A stretch of 64,000 nucleotides of DNA, taken from contig JBHGBC010000005.1 in assembly GCA_041946805.1 (NCBI GenBank), positions 36,735 through 100,734 of the forward strand, read 5' to 3'. The notes under the pieces were generated by a model. It made no database searches. It saw only the letters and a program-made list of their open reading frames with translations, and was not told the DNA's origin. The position numbers and the translations under genes are program-made. Shown one piece after another: positions 19,934 to 29,259 of this stretch (positions are counted from its first letter, which is position 1; each line of letters starts with the position of its first letter). Origin of the DNA: a bacterium (GTDB lineage Bacteria > Hinthialibacterota > Hinthialibacteria > Hinthialibacterales > Hinthialibacteraceae).

Positions 19934-21418
19934 TTATTTTTGTGGACTTCGATATACCCCGAACGCCGCCATGACCGGACACGCACGGGACTGCCAGATG
20001 CTCAGGCGCACCTTGGACGCCGTGACCGGCTTGAAGCGGTCCAGCTTTTTATAGCCAATCGTGGTTCCCTCCACCATGGTTTTCCAGGCCTCGCCCGCGA
20101 GAGCCTCGATGGAATAGGCAAAAACGCGCTGGCCGAGGGCGATAGGCTCCTGGATCAGGGCGCGGTCGAAGGTCGTGGGTTGCCCTAGATCCACTTCCAG
20201 CGAGGCGGACGTGACACCGTCATCCGTGGCCCAATAGGTGGCAGGATCGCCGTCGAGGGCTTTTTCCGGGCCAAAGCGTTTGTCGTTCCACCGGAAATTG
20301 GAGGCGCGGGCGGGTTTGTTCAACGCCAAATCGTTCTGGAATGTGGCATCAATCACCTGCCGCAGCTCCAGCAGGCGGCGGGCGTCGTTCTCGTGGATCC
20401 GCCCGCGCTTGTCCGGGGGGATATTGAGCAGCAGCACGCCGTTGCGCCCCACCGATTTGTAATAAATATCGAGCAGTTGTTCCAGGGATTTGACCTTCCC
20501 GTCCTCCTCGGGGTGATAAAACCAGCCGGGGCGGATGGAAACGTCGCATTCGGCCGGATACCACATGACCTCGATGGGGGCGTTGTTCCGGGCCGATTCG
20601 TCAGCGTATTTCGCGCCGCCCCCGTCCATGAACCAGCGCTGGTGCCCTACCCAGTCCCGCTTCCGGATCTCCTCGGTCACCGGCTGGACGCTCCACTCGG
20701 TCTCCCGGGCGACGCCGGATTCGTTGCCCACCCAGCGGATATCCGGCCCACAGCCGAAAATAAGAGCCCGGGGCTGGAGCTGCCGGACCACGGCGTAATA
20801 GGCATCCCAATCGTACTCCTGGCGCTTGCCGTTGGGGCCTTCCCCACAAGCGCCGTCGAACCAGACTTCGGTGACCTCCCCATAATTCGTTAACAACTCG
20901 CGCAGTTGATTTTGGAAATACGTGTTGTACGCGGGCGAATCACCGTAGCTCTTCTCATGCCGGTCCCAGGGCGAAAGGTAAATGCCCAGCTGGATTCCCT
21001 CCCGGCGGCAGGCGTCGGCCACCTCGCGGACCACGTCGCCCTTCCCGCCCTTCCAGGGGCTGTTTTTCACGGAATGCTCCGTGTACGCGCTGGGCCACAG
21101 GCAGAAGCCGTCATGGTGCTTGGCGGTGAGTATGAGCATCTTGAAGCCAGCGTCCTTGAGGATCCTGGCCCACTGCGTGGCGTCGAACGCGGAGGGATTG
21201 AAAAGGGCCGGATCCTCGGTCCCCTCGCCCCATTCCCGGTTGGTGAAGGTGTTCATGCCGAAATGGGCGAAGGCGATGGTTTCCATGTTCTGCCAGGCGA
21301 TCTGTTGCGCCGACGGCGTCGGCGCCAGCGGCGCGGGCGGATCCCCGGCCGCCGCTCCCCCGGCCGCAACCACGAGGACAAGAAAAATCGAAACAAACAA
21401 GATAAAACGATGCTTCAT
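19934..21418 (-). CDS. Alpha-L-fucosidase (GH29) with C-terminal F5/8-type domain, exported
   Basis: HFGMNTF, TAKHHDGFCLWPS, YLSPWD, WFDGA, RWVGNE, ECDVSIRPGWFYH, SVGRN; signal peptide. Confidence 0.93.
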   Translation of the reverse strand: MKHRFILFVSIFLVLVVAAGGAAAGDPPAPLAPTPSAQQIAWQNMETIAFAHFGMNTFTNREWGEGTEDPALFNPSAFDATQWARILKDAGFKMLILTAKHHDGFCLWPSAYTEHSVKNSPWKGGKGDVVREVADACRREGIQLGIYLSPWDRHEKSYGDSPAYNTYFQNQLRELLTNYGEVTEVWFDGACGEGPNGKRQEYDWDAYYAVVRQLQPRALIFGCGPDIRWVGNESGVARETEWSVQPVTEEIRKRDWVGHQRWFMDGGGAKYADESARNNAPIEVMWYPAECDVSIRPGWFYHPEEDGKVKSLEQLLDIYYKSVGRNGVLLLNIPPDKRGRIHENDARRLLELRQVIDATFQNDLALNKPARASNFRWNDKRFGPEKALDGDPATYWATDDGVTSASLEVDLGQPTTFDRALIQEPIALGQRVFAYSIEALAGEAWKTMVEGTTIGYKKLDRFKPVTASKVRLSIWQSRACPVMAAFGVYRSPQK

Positions 21419-21665
21419 GAGAGATCCCTTCCGATTTCAAGATGCCGTCCACATCCCCCGGCCCGCACGCCCTCGCGGAGATGGGCCTTTCTTCGTGATC
21501 ATGCCGAAGGCGGGGGGTAGAATCAAGGATGAAGAGGATGGCTGTCATTCCCGCCGGCATCGGCCGATTGAACCTCGATTCTTACGGAAATTGCACGGAC
21601 TACACGGAGTTCTGATTGCCTTTTCCTCCCACCCTCCCCGGTTCATAAATCCACTCCTGTTGGTG

Positions 21666-21754
21666 TTATTCACGGGTTATCCACAGGCGAAAAACCATTT
21701 TAACTACCCGCTATATAAAGAGTTATACAGAATTACATCACAGGTTATATAACA
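21666..21754 (+). promoter_or_regulatory. Isolated DnaA-box cluster
   Basis: TTATTCACG (21666-21674), perfect TTATCCACA (21677-21685), degenerate TTATACAGA (21723-21731) and further weak boxes in an AT-rich patch. Confidence 0.55.
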
Positions 21755-21759
21755 TCCCC

Positions 21760-23958
21760 TCAGGGGACCGGGGTGGGCGATGGAGCGGGAGTGGGAAAGG
21801 CATCCACGGTCTCGGCCGCGAAGGTGATTTGGTACGCGCCCGGCTCTCCGCTGACTTGGAACACCACATACGGATACCCCACGCCGTAAAAGGTCCCCCC
21901 GAGACTGCCGAGTTCTTGGCTGGTCACCGAATACGACTGCAGCAGATCAAACCGGATCCGGGTCTCGGCACCCGCCGGCTGGACCTGAATGGTGTAGATC
22001 CATTTGGTGTTCGCGTATTCGGGCTGAGAGCGCCGGCGCGCGGCGGCGGGAGAGATCAATCCAAATGCCATGTAATCCTCGTCGCCGGCCGGATCGATCG
22101 CCCGCATGTAAGTTTTTGGCGTTGTATAGGATTGCCCATAGATGCTAAATATGCGGGGATCGCTCGCGGAATTGTCCGGCTCGAAGTCGTCCGGGAATGA
22201 CACCGGTGCGGTGGGCGTGGGCGTGGGAACCGGCGGCGCCGGCGTGGGCGTCGGCTCCGTGCCGGTCCACGGAGCGCCATCCACGCGGGTGTCCGCCCGC
22301 GTCAAGCGCAGATCATCCACCACGACCGAACCATCCGCGCCCGGGCCGCCGATTTGCGCCACCACATGAATGGGAACCGCCGGATTGTTTACATGAAAAT
22401 CACCGCCTAAAAGCAAGTCTTCCGGCTCTCCTTCACCCGGACCGGGAAGTTGATTTACATCCCGGAACAATCCCACATTCTGATATCCGTTGGTCATCAC
22501 GAAAGCCAGCGTTCCCCCGCCGGGGAGGGAATCCTGCTGGACGCGGACCTGCCCCAGCAGGCGGAAGGGATAGGCCCCCTCGAGATCCATCACCCGCGTC
22601 GCGATATTGGCCGCCTGGTTCCGCGGCTGCAATGTAAGCCGAATGGCAATGTCCGTCAGCGATTCAAAGAAGGGTATCACCGCGCCATCCGCCCCGTTCA
22701 AACCCAATATCAAATTCTCCAGACTGTGGTCGAAACTGCCATCCGTCTCGAGCTCCACCGGGATTCCCGTAGCCGCCGGCAGTCCGGTGTGAACATCCAA
22801 ATTATCCACCCAGATTTGGGTGGATTGCCCGGACTGGGACTCATTGACCGCCTGCACGGCCAACTGCAATTTCCCACCGGGCGGTTGGTAAAAAAGATAC
22901 ATTGAGCGGTAATCGTTGACCGGAATCTCTTCCAAGGCAATGTTCGAATAAGCCAGTTGTCCATCCACGGGACTGTTCAAGGCCGCCAGCGCCACGGCCG
23001 CGGCGGAATTGGACGCGCGCACGGCCGCGGACACGCGCGCGAGGGCCGGCGCGTCCATGACGGTGTGGGATAAAATCCACACTCCCTGGCCGGGCTCCAG
23101 CACGGCTGTCAGGCCCGTTCCGTCCGTGCCTGGACCGCTGGGAATGGATCCAAAACTTACATTCCCCATGACATACCCCGCGGGAGGATCGGCTGACAAG
23201 CCATTCGCTTCCAGGCTCGCTCCATCCAAGGGGATGACATGAGGAGAAGGGGGAACCGGCGCCGGAGACGGCGTGGGCGATGGTACCGCGGTTTCCGCAG
23301 CTATCGTCACAATGAATTTCGGACGGAACGTTGCATCGGGATATTCGCTGGACGCGTAATGAATCCACGTCCGGTCTTCGCTTTCAAAGGGCGCGTTCGG
23401 GCCCGCGAGCACGATTCCCTGCTTCCACGAATCCCGCGTATCGCGGAGCAGGGACCGGAACCGCTCCTTGATGGAACCGTGTTCGATCCCATCCACGGCT
23501 CCCGCGCCGTTGTTGGGTTTGTAAGCGAATTGAATGCCCGAGAAGGAGGGTTGATTATTCCAGGTAATCGTGGACTCGTCCCATTCCGCCTCGGGAAAAT
23601 GCACCGCGATACTGGACAGCCAGGCGGCGGAAAAATTGTATTGCGTCAAGACCAAGCGCAAATCCAGCAAATCCACCGTGGCGGGATCGTACCCCGCGTC
23701 CAGCAAAAACCGGCGGATATCGAACGCGAGATAAACCCGGGAAGTGTAATTGAACTGCTCGCTGCCTTTGGGGCTTACCGTGATATCCGCGTCATTGCCC
23801 CAATTTCCATCCGGCAGGTCCGCCCGCACCCGGGCATCGGATATATATAGTTGGCTTTGCGTCTCCAGAGTTACGATTTCCGCCCCGGCGGTAGATAGAT
23901 CAACAAGGCAAGGGAAATACAAAACCAACATCGACAACACCCATCGGTTCATATCCAT
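21760..23958 (-). CDS. Exported multidomain protein with N-terminal DNRLRE/CBM96-like domain and Pro/Thr linkers
   Basis: AGGAGG RBS; signal peptide; SRVYLAFDI, WDESTITWNNQP and SSEY...RPK motifs; PTPTP linkers; DDFEPDNS pre-peptidase-like C-terminal module. Confidence 0.75.
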   Translation of the reverse strand: MDMNRWVLSMLVLYFPCLVDLSTAGAEIVTLETQSQLYISDARVRADLPDGNWGNDADITVSPKGSEQFNYTSRVYLAFDIRRFLLDAGYDPATVDLLDLRLVLTQYNFSAAWLSSIAVHFPEAEWDESTITWNNQPSFSGIQFAYKPNNGAGAVDGIEHGSIKERFRSLLRDTRDSWKQGIVLAGPNAPFESEDRTWIHYASSEYPDATFRPKFIVTIAAETAVPSPTPSPAPVPPSPHVIPLDGASLEANGLSADPPAGYVMGNVSFGSIPSGPGTDGTGLTAVLEPGQGVWILSHTVMDAPALARVSAAVRASNSAAAVALAALNSPVDGQLAYSNIALEEIPVNDYRSMYLFYQPPGGKLQLAVQAVNESQSGQSTQIWVDNLDVHTGLPAATGIPVELETDGSFDHSLENLILGLNGADGAVIPFFESLTDIAIRLTLQPRNQAANIATRVMDLEGAYPFRLLGQVRVQQDSLPGGGTLAFVMTNGYQNVGLFRDVNQLPGPGEGEPEDLLLGGDFHVNNPAVPIHVVAQIGGPGADGSVVVDDLRLTRADTRVDGAPWTGTEPTPTPAPPVPTPTPTAPVSFPDDFEPDNSASDPRIFSIYGQSYTTPKTYMRAIDPAGDEDYMAFGLISPAAARRRSQPEYANTKWIYTIQVQPAGAETRIRFDLLQSYSVTSQELGSLGGTFYGVGYPYVVFQVSGEPGAYQITFAAETVDAFPTPAPSPTPVP

Positions 23959-23971
23959 ACCTCCTTTTCCC

Positions 23972-24580
23972 TCACCCCCCCACCACCGTGCGGGCCTGCA
24001 CATTCCCCCCGAAGCGGGCGATGTCCCCCAGGCTGTACAATCCATTCGAGGGGGAATACATATTGTTGATGTTCCCCTGAATGGGCAGCCATTCCAGGCC
24101 CTGGGTGACCTTGTCCGGCCCGTGGCTCATCAAACTATACCCCTTCAACGAATCGATGTTGATGTGATACGCCTCCGCATGCGCCCGCACATTGCTGTAC
24201 GTGGTCCACAATCCCCCATAGCAAATATATTGATAGCTCAACACGGTGCGCTGGTCGGAGGGATACCAATTTTTCTGCGAATCGGGCCGGAACGGATCGG
24301 GCAGCGCGATGCTGGAGGTATAGGCCACCGGCGTGGTCAGTTCATTGACATACTCGATGTAATGAAACTGCCGCCGGGGAAACGGAAAGCCGTTCTGATC
24401 GATCTGGTACAACTCCAGCGCCGAGCCCACGGCCTGGTGGTCGCCCATCACCCGGGCGATCTTGGCGCGCGTCTGGGCGTTGAGAAAATTGGGCACGGCG
24501 ATGGCGGCCAGCACGCCGATGATGGCCACGACGATCAACAATTCGATTAAGGTGAACGCGGTCCGGGTTTGCGATTTCAT
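23972..24580 (-). CDS. Prepilin-type N-terminal cleavage/methylation protein (pseudopilin-like)
   Basis: MKSQTRTA|FTLIELLIVVAIIGVLAAIAVPNFLNAQTRAK; LTTPVAY, DPF, SHGPD, YSPSNGL motifs. Confidence 0.9.
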   Translation of the reverse strand: MKSQTRTAFTLIELLIVVAIIGVLAAIAVPNFLNAQTRAKIARVMGDHQAVGSALELYQIDQNGFPFPRRQFHYIEYVNELTTPVAYTSSIALPDPFRPDSQKNWYPSDQRTVLSYQYICYGGLWTTYSNVRAHAEAYHINIDSLKGYSLMSHGPDKVTQGLEWLPIQGNINNMYSPSNGLYSLGDIARFGGNVQARTVVGG

Positions 24581-24754
24581 GTTATATATCCCGCCTTCGG
24601 AACTGGTTGGACACGGGAATATCGTTTCACAACCCGCGGATTTCATAAAGCCGGATCATGATTCCCGGACTCCCGGCCGTGACATCCCGGACCTTGCCGA
24701 AACGCCGAAAGACTCGATAATAATCCAAAAATATCACAACCTGGACATTTCATC

Positions 24755-25327
24755 ATGCAGACCACCGTTTTCCGCCCTGCCGCCGTTTTTCCGTGGACCC
24801 TGCTCCTCGCCGCGTTCCTCGGATGCAAAAGCCCCGCGCAAAACGATCCGCCGGCCGGATTGATCAACCTGTACGAAGGCCCGGTGACCACCTTCCACCG
24901 TTCCTGTTCACCCTGCCACGGCGAGAACGGTTCGCAATACACCACCGATTTTCACGCACTGTCCGACGCGGACCTGGCGGATAAAATCAACTCCATGATG
25001 AACGGCCCCGCACGGATCACCGCCCCCTCCCCGGAGGAAATCCACGCCATGATCGCCTATCACCATGCCCTGCGGGACCAGAGCCTCTTCCTCATGGTGT
25101 CGAACCCAGCCGCCGTCTTGGAAGACGGCCACACGGTCTTGAAAGGCAACGTCACCCCCGGCGCGGCGGTCGAGTTGCGGCAGGGGGAAACCGTCCTTCC
25201 CGCCACGGTGACCGGGGGCGAATGGATTCTCGAGAACGTCCCCCCGCCCCCCTTCGTCCTCGCCGCGAAAAAAGACAATTTGGAGACCTCCTTCCCGTTC
25301 CCGGAAAGGCAATTCAACGAATTGTAG
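24755..25327 (+). CDS. Putative c-type cytochrome lipoprotein
   Basis: Lipobox AFLG|C, single CxxCH (CSPCH), downstream Met candidates for the distal ligand, beta-rich C-terminus. Confidence 0.7.
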   Translation: MQTTVFRPAAVFPWTLLLAAFLGCKSPAQNDPPAGLINLYEGPVTTFHRSCSPCHGENGSQYTTDFHALSDADLADKINSMMNGPARITAPSPEEIHAMIAYHHALRDQSLFLMVSNPAAVLEDGHTVLKGNVTPGAAVELRQGETVLPATVTGGEWILENVPPPPFVLAAKKDNLETSFPFPERQFNEL

Positions 25328-25396
25328 GTTTGTTGATCATCATCGCGGCGAGATAATGATTACCTTGTGACAATTTACCGAAACGCACCGCTTAGT

Positions 25397-25541
25397 AAGC
25401 GCCAACGGCGCGGCCTGAGTATAGCCCAGGGTGTAAGCCTTGGGAAAGATGAAATAGAAATAACAGTATTTAATCCCCTCTCCCCCTGGGAGAGGGTCAG
25501 GGTGAGGGAATTATAGTAGGGGCGGACCTTGGTGTCCGCCC
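25397..25541. repeat. Composite intergenic repeat stack
   Basis: AAGCGCCAACGGCGCG (identical at 58934-58949) plus TAGCCCAGGG hairpin, BoxC-like 25476-25508, GTAGGGGCGGAC...GTCCGCCC REP. Confidence 0.8.
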
Positions 25542-25606
25542 TCGCCCAATGGCGGATGAAATCAATTTTACTTCTTCAGGTACGCACTTCTCGGATGTAC
25601 TAAAAT

Positions 25607-25882
25607 TCAGAACTCTTCGATATCACTCAAGAATGTATTTCTAAGCTTCGATAGATCGAAGTAAACATTCCGCTGCTCTCCCTCTGGGGATTGTATAGTC
25701 ATCATATCATATTTCTTTCCTTCGATCTCCAGCAATGCTTGAAGACATGGTGAAAAATTCGGATATTCATCCCGAATCCAATCGTATTCCTCTCTAACAC
25801 ATTGAACTATCACGGCCTGTTCGGGGGAGGACCCATCTCGCTGTTCATTCAATTTCTCGAATTGATTATCGTTACTGATCAT
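25607..25882 (-). CDS. Small hypothetical protein
   Basis: GGAGGG RBS; GSSPEQAV..EEYDWI..QAL..KYD...VYFD pattern looks globular; AT-richer codons. Confidence 0.65.
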   Translation of the reverse strand: MISNDNQFEKLNEQRDGSSPEQAVIVQCVREEYDWIRDEYPNFSPCLQALLEIEGKKYDMMTIQSPEGEQRNVYFDLSKLRNTFLSDIEEF

Positions 25883-25955
25883 GACCTTTCCCCTCCATCT
25901 AATCATTCTTGTCAAAATAATCGTGTAGAATGGATTAGCGCAGCGTACTTCCCGA

Positions 25956-26159
25956 TTACTTCCGCACCGGGATCGATCCGGTTTCCAGTATGGATAAATC
26001 CACGACGCGGCTGGCCCGGTCGATGTCGATCCCTGTGATGTGGCCATCCGCGTCGAAATCGAGTACGACGCCCGGCGCGACTTCGTCCGAATCCACGCTC
26101 GCCCGCCCGGAGAGGTCGATGTAGAGAGAATCAGTTTCCTCGTAATAATGGATTTTCAT
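25956..26159 (-). CDS. DUF2283 family protein (predicted antitoxin-like)
   Basis: MKIHYYEETDSLYIDL...EVAPGVVLDFDADGHITGIDI pattern. Confidence 0.85.
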   Translation of the reverse strand: MKIHYYEETDSLYIDLSGRASVDSDEVAPGVVLDFDADGHITGIDIDRASRVVDLSILETGSIPVRK

Positions 26160-26160
26160 C

Positions 26161-26355
26161 CTACCCCCTCCCCCCCTGCGTCTCCACAAACTTCCTAAAC
26201 GACCGGTCGTAGGTTTTTTCCACCGCCGGGGGGAAACAGCAGGCCGGCAGTTCCTGCATTTTCAAATGATAGGCCAGGCACTCGCAGCATTTCCCATGCC
26301 GCGGGCAGCCCGCGTAGGTGCAGGTACAGGGCAGGCGATTCGCGCATTCCGCCAT
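26161..26355 (-). CDS. Small Cys-rich protein (DUF6485-like)
   Basis: CTCTYAGCPRHGKCCECLAYH...ELPACCF...EKTYDRS; GGAGG RBS. Confidence 0.75.
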   Translation of the reverse strand: MAECANRLPCTCTYAGCPRHGKCCECLAYHLKMQELPACCFPPAVEKTYDRSFRKFVETQGGRG

Positions 26356-26414
26356 GATTCATCCTCCTAGGCCCATTCTCAGAACTGGGTGATCTGCACG
26401 ATCCAGTTTCGAGA

Positions 26415-26864
26415 TCACCGGTTCTGGATCGTCCACACGTCCTCAAACGCCTCCAGCGGGGCGCGGATTTCGTCCGGATTCTTGGGGTTATAGGGCTCGG
26501 TGGGCAGGTTGACCAAGTAGGTGGCGTCCGACAGCGACATCTGCCCGTGCCACACCCCCGGCGGGATCAGCAGCAGGGACGGCTCGCCCTCGTCGCCCAG
26601 AATCACGGTTTGATAGGTTCCCTTCGTGGGGCTGCCTTCCCGGTCGTCGTACAGGCCGATCTTCGAGGTGCCCGAAGCCACAAAGAACGCGTCGGTCTGC
26701 TTTTCATGCTTGTGCCAGGCCTTGATGACGCCCCGCCGCAGAAACGATACGTACACCTGCCCGAATTGGATAAACTCCGGATCGTCCGCCCGCAGAATCT
26801 CCACCAGGTATCCCCGGTCATCGCAATGCCGCTTCCGCGGGATCAATTTCACGCCGTCGATCAT
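26415..26864 (-). CDS. rfbC: dTDP-4-dehydrorhamnose 3,5-epimerase family cupin
   Basis: DDRGYLVE, IKAWHKH, LLIPPGVWHG, PY..PDE motifs. Confidence 0.8.
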   Translation of the reverse strand: MIDGVKLIPRKRHCDDRGYLVEILRADDPEFIQFGQVYVSFLRRGVIKAWHKHEKQTDAFFVASGTSKIGLYDDREGSPTKGTYQTVILGDEGEPSLLLIPPGVWHGQMSLSDATYLVNLPTEPYNPKNPDEIRAPLEAFEDVWTIQNR

Positions 26865-27006
26865 ACCGCGCCTCGTTTCACATCCGTTTTGTCCCATGCT
26901 AGCATCCCCCCCGCGCGCGTTGAACCCATGACTTTCTCAGGCGATGGTTTTATCGTAGATCCTCGTAGGATTTCGATCGTCAATCCTCGCTCTCAAGGAG
27001 ATCTCC

Positions 27007-27891
27007 ATGCGGGTATTGATACTTGGCTCCCGGGGGCAATTGGGCGCCGACCTGGTGCGCGCCTTCGCCGATTGCCCCGTCACACCCTGCACGTCCGAGG
27101 ACCTGGACATCACCGACGAATCCCTCGTGCAGCAGCGGATCGCCTACACCGCGCCGGACCTGGTCATCAACGCGGCCGCCTATACGCGGGTGGACGATTG
27201 CGAACGCGAGCCGCTCCGCGCCTTCCAGGTCAACGCCCTGGGCCCGCGCCACCTGGCCCTGGCTTGCCAGCGCTGGGATGTCCCCCTCGTCCACATCAGC
27301 ACCAACTACGTCTTCGACGGAGCGAAAACGGAATTCTACGCCGAAGACGATCCCGCGCGGCCGCTCAACACCTACGGCATCACCAAATTGGCCGGCGAAC
27401 ACTATGTGCAAGCCCTCTGGGAAAAACATTACATCATCCGCGTGGCCGGCCTGTTCGGCCTGACTCCCAGCCGCCTCAAGGGGACCAACTTCATCGAGGC
27501 CATGCTGCGCCTGGGAGCCAAGGGAACGCCCCTGCGCATTGTCTGCGACGAATCGCTGTCGCCCACTTACACCGCCGACGCCGCCGCCGTCATCCGCCGC
27601 CTCGTGGAGAGCGGGCGGTACGGCGTGTACCACCTCGCCAACCAGGGGGGTTGCACCTGGCTCGAATTCGCCCGCGAGATCTTCGCCCAGGCCGGGATGA
27701 ACGTTTCGCTGACGCCGGTCACCGCCCACGAATACGGGGCGCCCGCCCGGCGGCCCGCCAATTCCTGCCTGCACACGCGCAAACTCGACGCGTTGGGCCT
27801 TGGTCCCCTGCGCTCCTGGCAAGAGGCGCTGCGGGATTATTTGGCGAAAAAAACCACGGATTCCCGGAACCGCAACGCGCCAAGCTTGTAG
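27007..27891 (+). CDS. rfbD: dTDP-4-dehydrorhamnose reductase
   Basis: GSRGQLG, NAAAYTRVD, HISTNYVFDG, YGITKLAGE, SPTY, ARRP. Confidence 0.93.
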   Translation: MRVLILGSRGQLGADLVRAFADCPVTPCTSEDLDITDESLVQQRIAYTAPDLVINAAAYTRVDDCEREPLRAFQVNALGPRHLALACQRWDVPLVHISTNYVFDGAKTEFYAEDDPARPLNTYGITKLAGEHYVQALWEKHYIIRVAGLFGLTPSRLKGTNFIEAMLRLGAKGTPLRIVCDESLSPTYTADAAAVIRRLVESGRYGVYHLANQGGCTWLEFAREIFAQAGMNVSLTPVTAHEYGAPARRPANSCLHTRKLDALGLGPLRSWQEALRDYLAKKTTDSRNRNAPSL

Positions 27892-28098
27892 GGGCACGTC
27901 TTGTAGAGGCACGTGGCGGCGTCTCCCGGCGGCGGTGCTCTTTTTTCTCCCTCTCCCTCAGGGAGAGGGCCGGAGTGAGGGAAAAACGTTCCATACGGAT
28001 TCCTTTTTCCCTTGATGAAATAGCCTTGGCCCTCTAAAGGAAGGCCATGTGGCAACGCGCCCCTGCTTCCGAGGCGCCATTATCTGGATCAAACCATC

Positions 28099-28881
28099 AT
28101 GATCCCCTCCACGATCAAATCCCTGGCCCTTTCCCTCCTCGACCTGGTCTATCCCCCGGTGTGCGCCGGATGCGGCAAAGAACAAACGCACGCGGACGAG
28201 CGGGTGTGCCCGGATTGCTTCCACCATTTCCGCGTCTTCCCCTCGCCCTACTGCGGCCGTTGCGGCGCGCCGGTGGCCTCGGTGGAAGAGAGCCGACCCG
28301 ATCAGCCATGCCGCAATTGCCCCGCCGGCCCGATCTATTTCGACCGGGCGCACAGCCTCTACTCGTACGAGGACGAACAGGTCCAGCGGGTGATTCACGC
28401 CCTCAAGTTCCATTATCAAACCCGCCTCGCCCCCCTGCTCGCCAACCTGATGCTGCGCGGGTATGAGATGTTCTTTCCCGAGGAACGCTTCGATTGGCTG
28501 ATCCCGGTTCCCCTCCACCAAAGCCGGCTGCGCGAACGCGAGTTCAACCAATCCACCCTGATATCCAAAACCCTCGCGGAGAGGAAGAACTTCCAGCTTC
28601 GGGATGACTTGGTAGTCCGCGTCCGTCCCACCGTTCCCCAAGCGTCTTTGTCGCCGGCCCGGCGCGCGCGCAACCTGGTGGGAGCGTTCACGGTTCCCTG
28701 CCCTGCCGAAATCCAGGGCCGCCGTCTCTTGGTGGTCGATGACGTGATGACCACCGGCGCGACCGTGAACGAGGTGTGCGCGGTCCTGCGGCAAGCGGGG
28801 GCGGAATATCTCGGAGTCTTCACCCTGTCCCGGGCGTTATTGCATTCCTTCACTCCTCCCTCTCCCTCGGGGAGAGGGTAG
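28099..28881 (+). CDS. comF: ComF family protein (double zinc ribbon + PRTase domain)
   Basis: Four CxxC pairs, IPVPLH..RLREREFNQ, VVDDVMTTGAT. Confidence 0.92.
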   Translation: MIPSTIKSLALSLLDLVYPPVCAGCGKEQTHADERVCPDCFHHFRVFPSPYCGRCGAPVASVEESRPDQPCRNCPAGPIYFDRAHSLYSYEDEQVQRVIHALKFHYQTRLAPLLANLMLRGYEMFFPEERFDWLIPVPLHQSRLREREFNQSTLISKTLAERKNFQLRDDLVVRVRPTVPQASLSPARRARNLVGAFTVPCPAEIQGRRLLVVDDVMTTGATVNEVCAVLRQAGAEYLGVFTLSRALLHSFTPPSPSGRG

Positions 28882-28951
28882 CCCCGAAGCGGAATGGCCT
28901 TCCAGGCCATGGAAGACCGATTCCCGGGTTGAAAGTCCGTGCCACCTCATT

Positions 28952-29128
28952 CTGGATCCCCGCATTCGCGGGGATGACATCCTCCTTCAGAACATAACAA
29001 TAGGAGGGATACCCTCTCCTTCTGGGAGAGGGTCAGGGTGAGGGAAAACCGCCCTTCACGAGTAATCATTTCGATTGGAGACAAATCACGTTGCTCCGGC
29101 AAAGTAGGGGCACGTTGCAACGTGCCCC
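28952..29128. repeat. Composite intergenic repeat stack
   Basis: Inverted GTCATCCCCGCG/GCGGGGATCCAG copy (28952-28983), BoxC-like 29012-29044, GTAG plus perfect palindrome GGGGCACGTTGCAACGTGCCCC (29107-29128; near copy at 61125-61150). Confidence 0.8.
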
Positions 29129-29259
29129 GGCAAACAGGAACGATCATCCCGCCCGGCGTTTCCCAACTCAATCGGTTGAAAGATGTTGCATGGCCCCGCC
29201 CCTCTTATCCCACGGGGAGCGTGATTACAATATAGAAAACCATCCTTCCTTTTTTTGAG

